This document shows, one piece after another, positions 12,685 to 25,165 of a DNA stretch of 64,000 nt. Source of the DNA: Callorhinchus milii (taxonomy: Eukaryota); contig NW_024704743.1 in the NCBI RefSeq assembly GCF_018977255.1, positions 85,190,001-85,254,000 on the forward strand. Reading direction: 5' to 3'. The position numbers and the translations under genes were made by a program. Position 1 is the stretch's first letter, and every line of letters starts with the position of its first letter. The notes below the pieces were generated by a model that did no database searches, had not been told where the DNA came from, and worked only from the letters and a program-made list of their open reading frames with translations.

Positions 12685-13775
12685 TAACTCATGCGTGATG
12701 ATAACCCATTTGTTGTTGCCTCAGGCATTTCCAGAGGCTTTGAGAGGGTCATGCACTGTGCACTTCTAAGCATGTTATTCCTTCCTTTAGCAGAGGGAAG
12801 AGAGAAGCATTAAGACCATTGTTAGGCTACATGACATGGAATGAGGATCTGTTTGAGTATCCTTCATATTCTATAATTGTAATTTAGCTTATCGTGGTCT
12901 TCCACCAGGAGATTGCTCGAGGTTACCTCTGAAATTAATGTAGCTGTGTTGCAGTTTGTGTTTCATCCATTCAGGTGATCTCAGTGGCCTTCTTCAGCTA
13001 AACATCTCAATTATTTTTCATGAGCCAGACTTTTGTTGATGTGTCCCTTCCACATTCATCAACTTTAAGCTGTGCACGCAGACACTGTGCACTTCTGACA
13101 GTGCAGTGCCTCAATTACAATTTCTTGATCTTCTCTGTGGACTTGGATGGGAAATGTTTTTCTGTCTCTTTCAATTTTTGAACAGATTTTCTTCAAAGCT
13201 CTTGTAGGTCCAGCCAACAGATACCACCTTCAATGGTTTCACTTTTCTGCCTCTATTGATATTCTGGCCTCACAGATTTCAAATGGAATTCTCACATCAC
13301 TTGCATTTTCCCATCCAAGAAGCTAATTTTTTTGTGACAAGCATTTATTTATGCCCTCAATAACTCTCGACTGTCCCGTCTAAGTTCATCCAAGACTTGA
13401 TTGAACTCTCGTCTTTTGTCTGACAAGGCTCTATTAACACATCAATAGAAAGGATCAATGCAATACAGGAAGGGAACTGTTCCCTTCTTCGTACAATGTG
13501 CAAGTTGTCAAAGAACAAGCTGGCATTCCAGAACCAATTTTTCACAACCTATCTTGTTCTGTGCACCTTGGAAATTTTCTGTACTGCAGACTTTGACTCT
13601 TCTACAGGCTTCCCACTTTCAGATTAAAAAGAAGTTTTGTAGTATATTTGCCATCCGAGTTTATTATTTACAGAGTTTTGCATTCCACCTTCCATGCAAA
13701 TGTAGCAGTCTGGATCAGACATGTGAACGTTCTTGTTGTAGGTTGAATTACATATTTGATGTACTTTGACATCGG
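12685..13775 (-). mobile_element. Probable fossil DNA-transposon transposase (Academ-like, tentative)
   Basis: Minus-strand frames broken by stops give DVKVHQICNSTYNK, RVKVCSTENFQ, KRREFNQVLDELRRD, AKGR..(SKGRKETP in the duplicate at 11837-11862) and MSYHQ. This is the order I recall for the VHxxC..Y / SKGRxKTPKH / GHxxSY motifs of large Academ-type transposases. Confidence 0.3.
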
Positions 13776-14494
13776 TTAAGTCTGACACATGAATAATAAT
13801 CCCAAAGAATAATGATCCCCTGGCACTATCTGAAAAGAGAAGGAAGTTTTTCCCAGTGTCCTGACAACAATCCCTCAGATGAAATTGATCACTCACTCTC
13901 TAGCTGTTTTGGGACACTGCTGTGCGCCAATTAGCTGCCACATTTCCTACAAAATATACACTTCAAGTCGGTGAAGCGATTTAAAATGTCAAGCACTTGT
14001 TTATTCAGTGAGTAGAGATGGTAAAAGAGGTTAATAGCTTCAAAATTATAAATGTGTGTTTTGGTAATATTACCATGGATTATAAAAGGAGAAAGGCCAG
14101 GCATGTTTATGATAGAATATGCTATTTTCTGCTTTAGATACAGAATTAAAAGTTCAGGGATGGGGAAGCCAATGACAAAACAATGAATATTTGCTCAAGC
14201 TGCATCGAAAGAACACAGTGTGGATATTGTCATGAATCTTGAAACGCCAGAACATCTCATGCACCAGAAAATGTGTTCCTTTCATTGTCAGTTTCAAGGC
14301 GGTTTATTTTCAGGTGCCGCAGTTTGTTGCAGAAAAATTAAAGGCAGGTGTGGGAATGAAAAAATAAAAAGCAGGCAATTGTTTAAAAGAGAAAATGTCT
14401 TTGGATTTGAGCTCAGTTAAATCTAAAACTTAATTTGGCGAATCTAAGAACAAAAACAGTTGCTTTTTTAAATCCACGCTCAAATGTGTTTCAA

Positions 14495-14762
14495 ATTCCT
14501 TCCTATCTCTGTGACCTGCTAACCCCTACAGTCTCTCTGCCCCCACTCTTTGGAACTCCATCCCACACTTCCTTTGCCTCGCTCCCTCCCTTGCCTCATT
14601 CAAGGCACATCTCGAAACCCTCCTCTTTGACGTGCCTTCGACTACCCTCCACCCTGCCACNCACCCCCCGCCGCCCCCGGTCGGGTCTAAGTCCCCCCAA
14701 CTGTCCAGCGCCTGGGGACATCCTCCGATGTGAAAGGAGCTATACAAATGTAATTTTGTATT
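14495..14762 (+). mobile_element. L2 LINE 3' end with internal deletion
   Basis: PSYLCDLL then ctttggaactccatccc...ttcaaggcacatctcgaaacc and terminal ggggacatcctccgatgtgaaaggagctatacaaat. Confidence 0.8.
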
Positions 14763-17700
14763 AAGGAGATCAGGTATTCACATACCTTCTACAGTTAAAT
14801 GGTAAAATGTAATTATACCTATAAGATTGTTCTTTGTTTTTACAAAGTGAGTATTTATTCTGCAATAGGTTATTTTATGGTAATTAATTTTGCTGAGAGA
14901 TCTTAATGTGTAAGATTGCAGCTGTCACAAATATGAAATCTTTGGCAAGTGAAAATGTGTATTATGACTGATGACTGGAGTTAATGCATTTGACTCCGTG
15001 GATCCAGATCAAAAGCTCAACACTTCCATTTTGCCTCATTCAGAAAATTCAAACATCCTTTTAATTTATCTGGGCTACAGAACATCAAGTCGTCTGAATT
15101 CTATTTTCTATGAATAGTTTTAACTTACAAATAGAATTGCAAATTACTGATGAAAGGACTGATCAAGGAACCTGCTTTGAACTGGTATATTCATTTCAGT
15201 GTGCCAGCCTGGCTCAATTAGTAGTCAGAACGTTACGGCTTCAAGCCCCATGTCAGGACTTTGAACTCATTATAGTCTGGGCTGACACTCCAGTGCAGTG
15301 CTGGGGATTTGCTACATTGCTGCATGTTTGTCCTCCTGAATGTTGAAAGCACTTTGAAATGAATACCCTGTTTGTACTGCTAGAAACAATCCCACTTCAT
15401 CGGGAAACTGGTTATAAGTCGGAAGCTTGGTTTATAATTCTTGCTACTGATTGTATTGAATGGGGAAAGTTCTCCACATTCATAAGTGACAGAACTCTCA
15501 ATATTTGATGTTAGTGTTTTTTAATTGTAATTTGAAGGATGTCACATAACTGGATCTTCACTAACATTTTTAAAAAAAATCCTTTAAAAGATTTGCTCCA
15601 ATCAATTTCTGCGATAGGAGTTTTCCGTGTGGTTTCAGCATTACATTAAAAACCCACTAAAACATATAAAGTAGACGTGACTGTAAGTTAGTTCAAATGT
15701 TTTAATGTTTATATGTGTTCTCCAGAAGAGTTTTAGGCTGGACGCTGATCCCCGCTTTGCCTGATATTCCCAGTACTTTTATTCTTCCTCATAGCCATTA
15801 CCATCCTTTTGACTTGGGATTCCATTACCAGACTGTGAACCTGGGGAATGATGGAATTCACACATTCTATCTAAAAACATATGAAACTCATAATGGCAAT
15901 TTGGAATGATGGGCAGCACTGAGTGTTGAATTACTAAATATTCTACACCCTCCATTACAAGACAATGGAGCAGAAGTTTGCTTCTGTTTACACAATTTAC
16001 ACACACATTCTCTGAGGCATTTTTATATTTTGGGATATTCTCAAGACGTGACGGGCGTTATAAAACTGAAATTTGTTGTTGTTTGTCGCTGTTAGTGTAG
16101 AAATCCTGGAAGCCTGGTTTACAGGATTACTAAATAAGGATTCAAGCCACACATATGGGAACTGGAAGTCCACTCATAGAAACTCTACTCCAATGTCATC
16201 AATGGATTTCCCACAAGGGAGACAGGAATTCTAACAGGATTGCTTATTTAGGAATCTAGTTAAGAAATATCATAAATTAGACCCCCTGTATTTTTCATTA
16301 AAAATAATGAAAAATACAGGGGAATTTTTTTTAAAAATTTATTTTTTTAAATAATTCATTTTGCCCACAAAATACGTAGTCAATCCACTTTACAATATAT
16401 TCTGTGAAGCGTTTTGAGACGTCTTGATGACGTGATAAAGGGCTATATCAAATGCAAGGATTATTAGTATTATTAGTATTAATTGCAGTGGTACTTAAAG
16501 ATACTTTTATGGGAAGAATTGTAACTGGGTCTTCACATGTTCAAATATTCCAATGACTAATTCTGGTCAACATTGTTTCTCTAAGACCCAGCTATGCAGA
16601 AACTCTAGTGAGTGATGAACAAATAAAAAAGAATCATAACAGAGCAACCAATTATTACCTTGTTTATTTCATGCACAAGACATTGAGGTAACAATTATTG
16701 AGGATGGTTATTGGTCATCCATGGTTTCAATCTTAATGAATATAAAGTTTGTCCTTTTTATCAGGTACATTCATGCAAATTAGATTTACCTTCCCTGACG
16801 TAATGCTTTGCTGATTCAATAATCTGTCATTTGTTTCAGGACACGATCATCCAAAACTGATTTAACTGTTTGCTGCAGTGATAAATCTTGTAATATGGTA
16901 ACCAGTTTTAGTCTTTGCTGCTTTCTGGGTTGTCATGCACTTTCTTTACATTGATACATGGCTATTTACAAATTGCTTATTCTGACAAGCGAGATCTGAG
17001 TAATTGGGCATTGTTGAACATGCACAGTATGCATTGATTAAATTACCTATGAGGTCTTATTGGAATAATTGTATTTGACTCTGGCTGCACCAAGGAAATC
17101 AAATCCAATTTAAATTCTCGGGGTCATTTAGAGACCAATGTGATTTAGTGCTCGACGCTAAGTTTCAATCAAACCCAGGGAGGATATTCTGGTGACACAG
17201 ACTTGTTTGCCATTGATTGGGTGAATGTAATCATTGCTCGTTTGGGCTGCTGGATGGATTAGAGTAGGAGAGGAAATCTGACAAGCAGTAACCTCACTCA
17301 AGTTATAACTCCTACCGGTGAAGTCAGCTGGATGTTAGGTTTGAACCTCTTGGGGCCTGAACCGCCATATCTTGCTAGTCTTGAGAAAGAGGTAGCATTA
17401 ATGGTATCTGACACTGCATTGAAGTATCAGCATAGACGACGAGCTCCTGTTGTGAACCACAGACTCTGACTCAGAGGTACAAGTGCTACCTATCAGATGA
17501 GTCAGACTGACAGCAAAATAAAGAATTATGCAGGCACTGTGTGTATACTACATGATTAAAAGATGCTCTACTATCGTGCATATTAACTATTGTGAGGTTG
17601 TAATTGCCAAGAGAGCTGTGACTACTTCACTGCAGTTTTTCGATCTATGTTCTTAAAATATAATTCAACAAAGCAATACTTTGTGCATTTAACACCAACC

Positions 17701-18689
17701 CAAAATAATGTAGCAAAATGTTATGTCCTTGAAATGTTTTGATCCGTTCCTTGAACCAATTTATACTACATACCAAAATGCTTCAATAGCGCAGAGATTG
17801 CTCCAGTGTTTCCTATAGTAATGGGGTTGAAAAAGTTCTCGGACAGGAAAACTGCAGCATAAACGGTGGTAGCAGGAGTTCAAACATCTCGAGACAAAGT
17901 GAATCTTGTGCCAAGAATAGCTTGTGCATCAGGCTGACATGCAAGAATTCTGCTTGAAGACATTTTCAGGTCGGAGTACATCTGGGTTGAAGCAAAGTTT
18001 TCATGAGATGTCGTGTCGCCGAAGGAGCTCCCTGCACAAGATTCACTTTAAGTCCCAAGATGCATTTTTCAGCCCTCGTACAATTTGCGTTGTGCTTTTC
18101 ATGTTCAAGCATTTTTTTGGCCCAATTACTCCAGTGTATTGCTGAGGGCTGTTCACAGTTATATCACCTTGTGCTGATTGCGTGTGACTTTTAGATCCAA
18201 TTGTTGTAAATGCTAACATCACTTCATTTTCAAAAGCTCAATACATGATTCTGGCAAGTTGTTCAAGACTACCTTGGGATGTAGACTCACATCACTTGGG
18301 CTTAATGTTGGCTGCAATACAAGTGCAGCTGATGCAAAAGCACCTTTTACACTGAAAATGTTAGCAATTCTTTGGTATTTTCCTTTTTTATCCTTGAGGC
18401 TTTTAACATACAATTGAGGCACTACTAACACTTCAATAACATGAGCTTTTTACCTGCCGTTTGACACCAGTTAGCACAGCTCTGCAAATGTGGTCAACTG
18501 TTTTGACAGAGATTCTTCTTCACTAGTGCAGAATCCAGAGCAAGAGCGATGGGGAACTGCCAGTCGAACTGTCGCCTGCCACTCTCATTCCTCTGCTACA
18601 AAGTTCACATCAAATCAATACCAGCTACACTGTAAATTAAACTGATTCTATATAGTAGTGTTGAGTTTAGTGGACAAGTGGGCAGAGGC

Positions 18690-18900
18690 CTTGCCCTTAG
18701 ATACATTGGGTCTGTGAACCTAACCAAACAGAGTTAGTTTGTCTCTGTTTAGTTGCTACAGTTGGTCTTAGTGCTCCTGGGCTGGGGGTGAGATGCTCAG
18801 TAGGAATGTAGCTTTGAATCTTAATCAACTGATCCCTCGTTAAGTGTGTGCATATGACATCAACGGAGAACAGAATTGGGCTTTCAACTGTGATAGTACG
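18690..18900 (+). mobile_element. Ancient SINE fragment, AmnSINE2-like
   Basis: gttggtcttagtgctcctgggctggggg...aagtgtgtgcatatgacatc...aacagaattgggct...ctgtgat resembles the copies at 5695-6000 and 6790-7114. Confidence 0.45.
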
Positions 18901-18919
18901 ACCCCCCTCCCCTCCCCCC

Positions 18920-19170
18920 GCATACAAATACTCTCACATATACTCTTGGTTTCATTCACATTCTCATAGATACTCTCTCACATTCACACACACAAATTCT
19001 CCTTCTCATACATTATCACTTACACACACATTCCAAAATTTGCAGTCTCACACACTTTCTCTCATACACACACTCACTCAGTCATCCACGTGAACACTCC
19101 CATTTACTTATACAGTCACTCTCACTCTTTCACACACTCACACAAATTTTATTATCGCACACTCAGTTAC
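18920..19170. repeat. Degenerate (CA/CT)n low-complexity tract
   Basis: Repeated cacac/ctctc/cactca units with very little G. Confidence 0.8.
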
Positions 19171-22100
19171 TTTATGTTACCAATGAAGCTGTACCCAGCA
19201 AAGAATCAGCTCCTTCAGGACAGAAGAAAATGAAGAAATTACCAATAAAAGCACCAATATGAAATGGCACATTCAGGAATATTTAAAGCATGTCAGACTG
19301 AATATTTGTGTGTGTCTGTTTCAGTTGCAAAGGATACTGATGAAGTGAAACTAATAACCAACTAAGGCATCACACTGGGTGCCATAAGAGCTATTCCAGA
19401 TTACCAGTGTTACGGTACGCTCACCACTGCTGTGGATAATGAAAATATTTTTCTAAATTATCTGCATGATTGCTCAAATTGTAGAGCTGGAAATAAATGT
19501 ATCTATTAGGGCAGTTCATTGCCAACATTTTTTCATTTTGAAATGCAGTTTAGCTGTTGGGTGCTGCGGAGCTCTTTTCGTATTTTTTGCAGTGATGATA
19601 TGCCCAGTTAAATTTAAGGCAGACAAATAAAGTAATTAAATAAATAATTCTGTAGTATAATGAACAAAAACTTGTCATTGCTTTAATGTCCAGATGAATT
19701 ATTATTAAATCTGATGTTTTGATTTCAAAACTGAAGAGCACCAGAATCAAGGACATTCTTAATTGTTTTTCTACCATCTCAACTGCATTAACACTTTTGA
19801 GAACTTGCACAAGCACAGTGCAATGGGCGTCCCAGTTACCTTGAGCCAGTACTTCCAGAAAGGATCAAACAACATTATCATCTAATAAGGTGTGATTTGT
19901 AAACGGATATTGTTTTGGAAATTCTTGCATTGCTTACTTCATCTTTAACAAAAAGACATTTAAAGATTCATCATTACTTTAGAATTCATGTGAAAGGCTT
20001 TGTATCTCAAAAAATTACCTGATAGAATAAAACACCTTGTGCACTTAATGGTTAATCTATGTTCTGTTTTTCCTTTTTTTAAATTTTATAATGCCAAACA
20101 TTTACAATAAAATACAAAATATTTTAAGAGAAAACTTGTTCCATGCAGAAGGTAGAGGGCAATACAGATGTTTAGGAGAGGGAATAGATGGAGGTGGAAG
20201 CTCATGTGGAGCATTACACATGTTAGTTGGGCTGAATGCCCTGTTTCTTTGCTGTATTATATATATAATTTAGATTTATATCGTACCTTTTACATTGGGA
20301 GGCCATTCCAAAGCACTTAACAGAACTGCCTGAGCACTTGTGTCATTCATACTGATATTAACTAATAAGAAAACTTGTTTTTGCCAAAATTCTTCTCAAT
20401 AAAAGCTTCAAAGACAGTTTTCCTTCTATTGTCCAGGCACCAGACTAAAACAACTTTTATTCATCATGCGTGCGCATTTTTGGGGATGTTGTTAGGTTAT
20501 TCGGAGGTAGATGGATACAGTCTTTTTTCCAATGTAAACGTATGCTTGCCTTCATCACACGCTAATGAATATCATTCATGAGCAAGAATTCAGTCTGATA
20601 TTATGCTTTAGCCCTGAGGTCCTGAGGTCAATTGTAGCATCATAACTTTTCCCCTGACTGCGATTAGGTAAACCAGCAGAAGGCGGGATTCAACCCTATG
20701 ACATACAAGCCTGTATCTGTGCGCAATTGGCTGCCGCATTTCGCCCACAAAATATACAGTCATTTCACTTTGACAGTGTATTCTGTGAAGTGCTTTGAGG
20801 TATGTCGAAGATGTGATAAGGCACTATATCAAATCCAAGTATTATTATTGGATTAATGCTTCACCAGGCAATACCTCTTCTGACTAGGTCATTGGTAGAG
20901 CTCTAACTGTAAATGTCTTTTTTTAGATTATGAGATTCACAATACTTGGAATAGGTGGTTACTTGTATCATTTAGCGAGTTTCCTTGTTAAAATTGGCAC
21001 AAAGTAGGATCTATTATATTCAAAGCAACTAATTGGAACAGTGTTTTGTAGACTAATAGATTCTGTTGGGTCATTTGCCCAGACCATATTTACTGAGAGA
21101 TGCGGACAAGTGGAAATGGCAAAATGTTCTTTCTCATGCTATGAACAAAATGCAATGTTACACTCTGATCACCCCATAGCACAGCATAGTCCAGAGCAGT
21201 CTGTTAAATAAGGTATAGATGCTTGTTTTTAGATGGTTTCAGACTCAGCTGTTATTTAACTACCCCATTCTCACACCACATTGTCAAATAATCCACAGCC
21301 ACTAACGTTGTGGATTCAGGAATCAAGAATCGCCACCAGAAAGGTTTCTGGTTCGTAAGAAACTATAGCAACTCAAATCACTTCCTGCAGAAGACCAAAG
21401 AAATTGAGTTGGGGAAGGAAAAATCTGGGACTGTAATTAATAATAATAAATAGTAATCCTTGCATTTGATATAGCGCCTTATCACATCTTCAAGATATCT
21501 CAAAGCTCTTCACAGAATATACTGCAAAGTAAATTTACTGTATATTTTGTGGGAGAAACAAGTATCATTGGAATAAATTATGTGTCACATTCTTGTTTCT
21601 GAAAGGGAGCACAGATTTCAGTGCTAACATGAAAGATGTGCAATTAAATCATAGATTGTGTTTGCCAGTGAAATAAGGTGCTTTGTTGCTGAAGGGAAGT
21701 GGTTATTATAAAGTACATTTGAGGAACGAACTAGATTCACTGACCTGATCCGAACAGTATTCTACAAGTAGCTTACAAATACCCTGGTCTGAAATTTCTT
21801 ACTGCTTATTATATTTGGGCTTTTCAATTAAAAAAAAGCTTTCCTTTTTTTAATCTCCTATTCATCTTCAATTGAAGATCTAGGCTCCCCTTAGCAACAT
21901 GTTACCAGGCAATAATGAAGTGAGTCTAGGACCAGAGAGGGTTTGGATGAAGGACGATCAAACATACAAATCAATATTTTCAAGTGCAAGCCCAGAACGG
22001 GGGAGGAAGTGAAAGGGTTAGGGAATTAGATCCTCAGCTCCAAGACTTAAAGATCATGATGTATAAGTCAGGAAGTCAAATCCTTTGGGCTTGGGTTCTC

Positions 22101-23024
22101 ATCTACCACCAGCCCATTCACTGTGACAAATATCCCTATCTTTCCCACATATTCGATTGCAGATTCTTGACAAATCTACTTGACAATGTCCCTTTGTCAG
22201 CCTAGTGTAATATGGTGCACTTTTCAAAAGTTGCATCAGCATAATATAACCATTAAATCTACTTGACCTTTTCTAAATGATTAAAACAAAATGTCCTTAC
22301 TTGTGAGGTGACATGATCCATGTCTTTTTACAAGTGCTTGCAGGTATTGATAATGTCAGTGTAAGGAAACCATTTTTACTCAGATTGACAGCACAGCATT
22401 CATTTTAAAAAAACTCAAGCGTGTCTTCAGATTGGAACAATCCCGATTCTTCTCCTCCCTCCCCCCCCCCCCCGTCGTTGGTGCAGGGGAGTGGGGTAGA
22501 GGGAGAAAGAAAGAAATATAGACTAGATATTCCTAGAGAAAGCATTCATTGCAGTGTCAGTTGAGTTTTAGAAAAGATCTGCGCACATCGGTTTAGGAAT
22601 TGATGAATGGAGAGGCAGAAGGATAATTGCAGATGGAGATGATTGAATGCCATGGAATACAATGTTTCCTGTGGTAATGGGACTATGGAAATGTCATATC
22701 AACGAAGGCAATAGATCAAGGGTTGACGTCTTGTTTGATATTGTAAAGTTTTGTTCAATTTAGCTTTTAGGAGGGGGTGTGGGTTGTTTCTTATCCCTTT
22801 TTTTGTGTCTACATATACTTAAGACGCATTCATCTACGAAATACATAGTCACTATATTTTACAGCATATCCTGTGAAGCGCTTTGAGACATTCTCCCAAC
22901 ATGAAAGGGCGCTGCACAAAATGTAACGATTATTATTATCATGACCATGTCAGGATAACCACAATTCTAGTGAATCAAGGCAGTGATGATGATACTGAAC
23001 TTTTCTAATGTACCAATACTACTA

Positions 23025-23310
23025 CTAATAATAATAATCCTTACATTTGATATAGCTCCTTATCACGTCTTTGTGATAAGCGCTCTGAGACGCCATCCAG
23101 TGTGGAGGGCGTTATATAAATCCAAGTTGTGTTGTTGTCTTTGAAACGTCTCAAAGCGCTTCATAGAATATACTGTAAAGTGAATTGACTGTATATTTTT
23201 TTGGGTGGAACACGGCAGCCAATTGCGCAGAATAGTGTCCCACAAACAGTCGTGGATTGAGTGACTAAATTATTATTATTACTTTCTTTTGAAGGGAATA
23301 TTATCCCCAG
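23025..23310 (-). mobile_element. 5'-truncated tRNA-SINE 3' half with a nested plus-strand L2 tail (23074-23136)
   Basis: SINE tail interrupted by gcgctctgagacgccatccagtgtggagggcgttatataaatccaag(ttg)n, flanked by GTCTTTG at 23067-23073 and 23137-23143. Confidence 0.8.
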
Positions 23311-24733
23311 AAACGCAATCCACCCAACAACTATATTGGCAATACACTAAAATGCGTTTTAGTATATTAGAACAATTTGTTCAACGGGATCAGGCATCAG
23401 AGCTAAATGAAGGCGTTGAGGGAATTTAAACAGGAGAAAAGATTCAGGAGTGAGGTCTTAGTACAAAGTTTCCAGGTTAGAAAGGGCCTAGATCAGTAGG
23501 ACTCCAATAATATTTTGATATGTCCCAGAGTACACAACAAGAGGTTTCAAGTTCAGAAAGGTGTAGGTGGGAAGGAATTTGGCACTGTAAATGTTGAATA
23601 TGTAGAAAATTTGTGCAGAGAGGCAGTGAATGTGGATGGTTCTGATTGGAAGGGGAATATGTTGCAATCTGAATTGGGGATGATTTGTATGAAAAATTAT
23701 AAGCAACGATAATTTAGAAAATAGAATCACCAAATCGGCTGTACTGGTCTGTCCTTTATTCCTGCGACATTCATTGACCATTTAAAACCTCCAAGTAAAA
23801 TTTGCAGCCCATGGTCGGACACAAAATATACAGTCAATTCACTTTACAGTATATTCTGTGAAGTGCTTTGAGACATCACAAAGACGTGATAAGCCGCTAT
23901 ATCAAATGCAAAGATTGTTTATGTCATTTTTAATCAGACTCAATGGGCCAGTTTTGGATCTTATGCCATTCTTATTCATGAAGTACAAGAAGCCAAGCCT
24001 CAAGCATTGGACTTCTGACATCATAGCCTTTGAATGCTGGTTAGCAGAACACCTGCTTTTTGGAGCTCTCATGTTATATTACCTGGTTGCGGTCTTTACA
24101 GCTAATGAGCATTGGATATAACTGAAGATCAGAGCAGCTGGTTTTGCACACCATTTGGTAGTTGCAAATGTAAAAGCTTCCTCTGTAGAATGCACTCACT
24201 TAATGGTTATGCAAAGTAATGGACCTGCTTCCCGTCAATGATTTTTCATTCTGCTAAGTGTGGACAATGTCGTAAAGTAGTTAATCGAGAAGCAAACAAA
24301 TGATTTCCATCAGTATATACAGACAGCATTCTGCTTATTTTGACACTGCAGATTTAAATCTACACATCCCTAGCCTGCCTGATGTGGACAGATTTATGCG
24401 ATGTCGTGATGGTGGTTTCTTACTGTGAGCAATATCAATGCCATAGTAACTTAAAACCAGTCAACCAAATTTCAATCATATTTCGTAAATGCTTCCTTCT
24501 ACAAATACTTTTTAAATGACTGCACTGAATAGCTCTGAGTTCATCTGTAATGTAATGTTGTCCCCAAATGTTGGCATAAGACAGTCCTCCGGGACATTGA
24601 CCAGCCAGCCTGGCTCATCAGCAGGACATGGAGGGCACACAAGTTACTAGGGACTCTTCCCACTTGATTCCTATTAACCCTGCTGGCTAAACAATCAGCT
24701 TGAGTCAACGACGAGACTTTTATTAAAAAAAAC

Positions 24734-24775
24734 GTAAAGTGATACTGCTGGTAAATAGCAGCAGTATCACTTTAC
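24734..24775. repeat. Perfect 17-bp inverted repeat with 8-nt loop
   Basis: gtaaagtgatactgctg-gtaaatag-cagcagtatcactttac; the arms are exact reverse complements. Confidence 0.95.
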
Positions 24776-24932
24776 TTTGTTTAAATTTCATATTGTTTTA
24801 TGGTGATCCTGGCGTAAAATACAATGCAGCTTTCGGGTTGGAGGGAAAAAAGGAGATGCGTTGTCTAGTGCCACATCAAAGAAAATCCTTTCTCGCCGCC
24901 CCATTTAATAATCAAAACGACCCCATTGACAG

Positions 24933-25165
24933 GTGGACGACATCTTGGGCGAAGACAGTGACAATGAAAGTGAGAGTGAAAAGGAAGAGAGAATGGAGGA
25001 GAAGGAGCAGCCGCGGCCTAAGCAGGAGGAAAGGCAGCAGCAAGAACAGCAACAGCAGCATCAGCAAACCCCAGAAACTGGAGCAAGTGAAAAACCAGAG
25101 ACCGAAATAGAAGCGCGGCCCAATTCTTCATCCAGTGAAGGAAGCTTGACAGGCAGCGTTCCCAG
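24933..25165 (+). CDS. CTDP1: Internal (penultimate) coding exon of RNA polymerase II CTD phosphatase FCP1; 233 nt, phase 0 start, phase 2 end
   Basis: AG acceptor at 24931-24932 and CAG|GTAGGC donor at 25166. The translation VDDILGEDSDNESESEKEERMEEKEQPRPK...SSSEGSLTGSVPR matches, from memory, the vertebrate FCP1 segment VDDILGEGSDDSDSEK...PR that precedes the terminal GHKRKL exon. Purine-rich coding composition sits within AT-rich flanks. Confidence 0.9.

Noticed and set aside
14661..14661. Isolated N bases (also 27345 and 31043)
   Set aside because: Assembly ambiguities with no biological meaning.
24756..24775. miR-15/16-like start (tagcagca) within the hairpin
   Set aside because: It lies at the loop and 3' arm rather than the 5' arm, the rest does not match, and the perfect stem is short for a canonical precursor.
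24880..24932. U12-type intron as an explanation for the weak acceptor
   Set aside because: No TCCTTAAC-type branch site at the expected distance from the AG.
24739..25110. 123-aa ORF overlapping the exon in another frame
   Set aside because: It has a non-ATG start, and the Arg/Ser-rich part is the shifted reading of the purine-rich CTDP1 exon.
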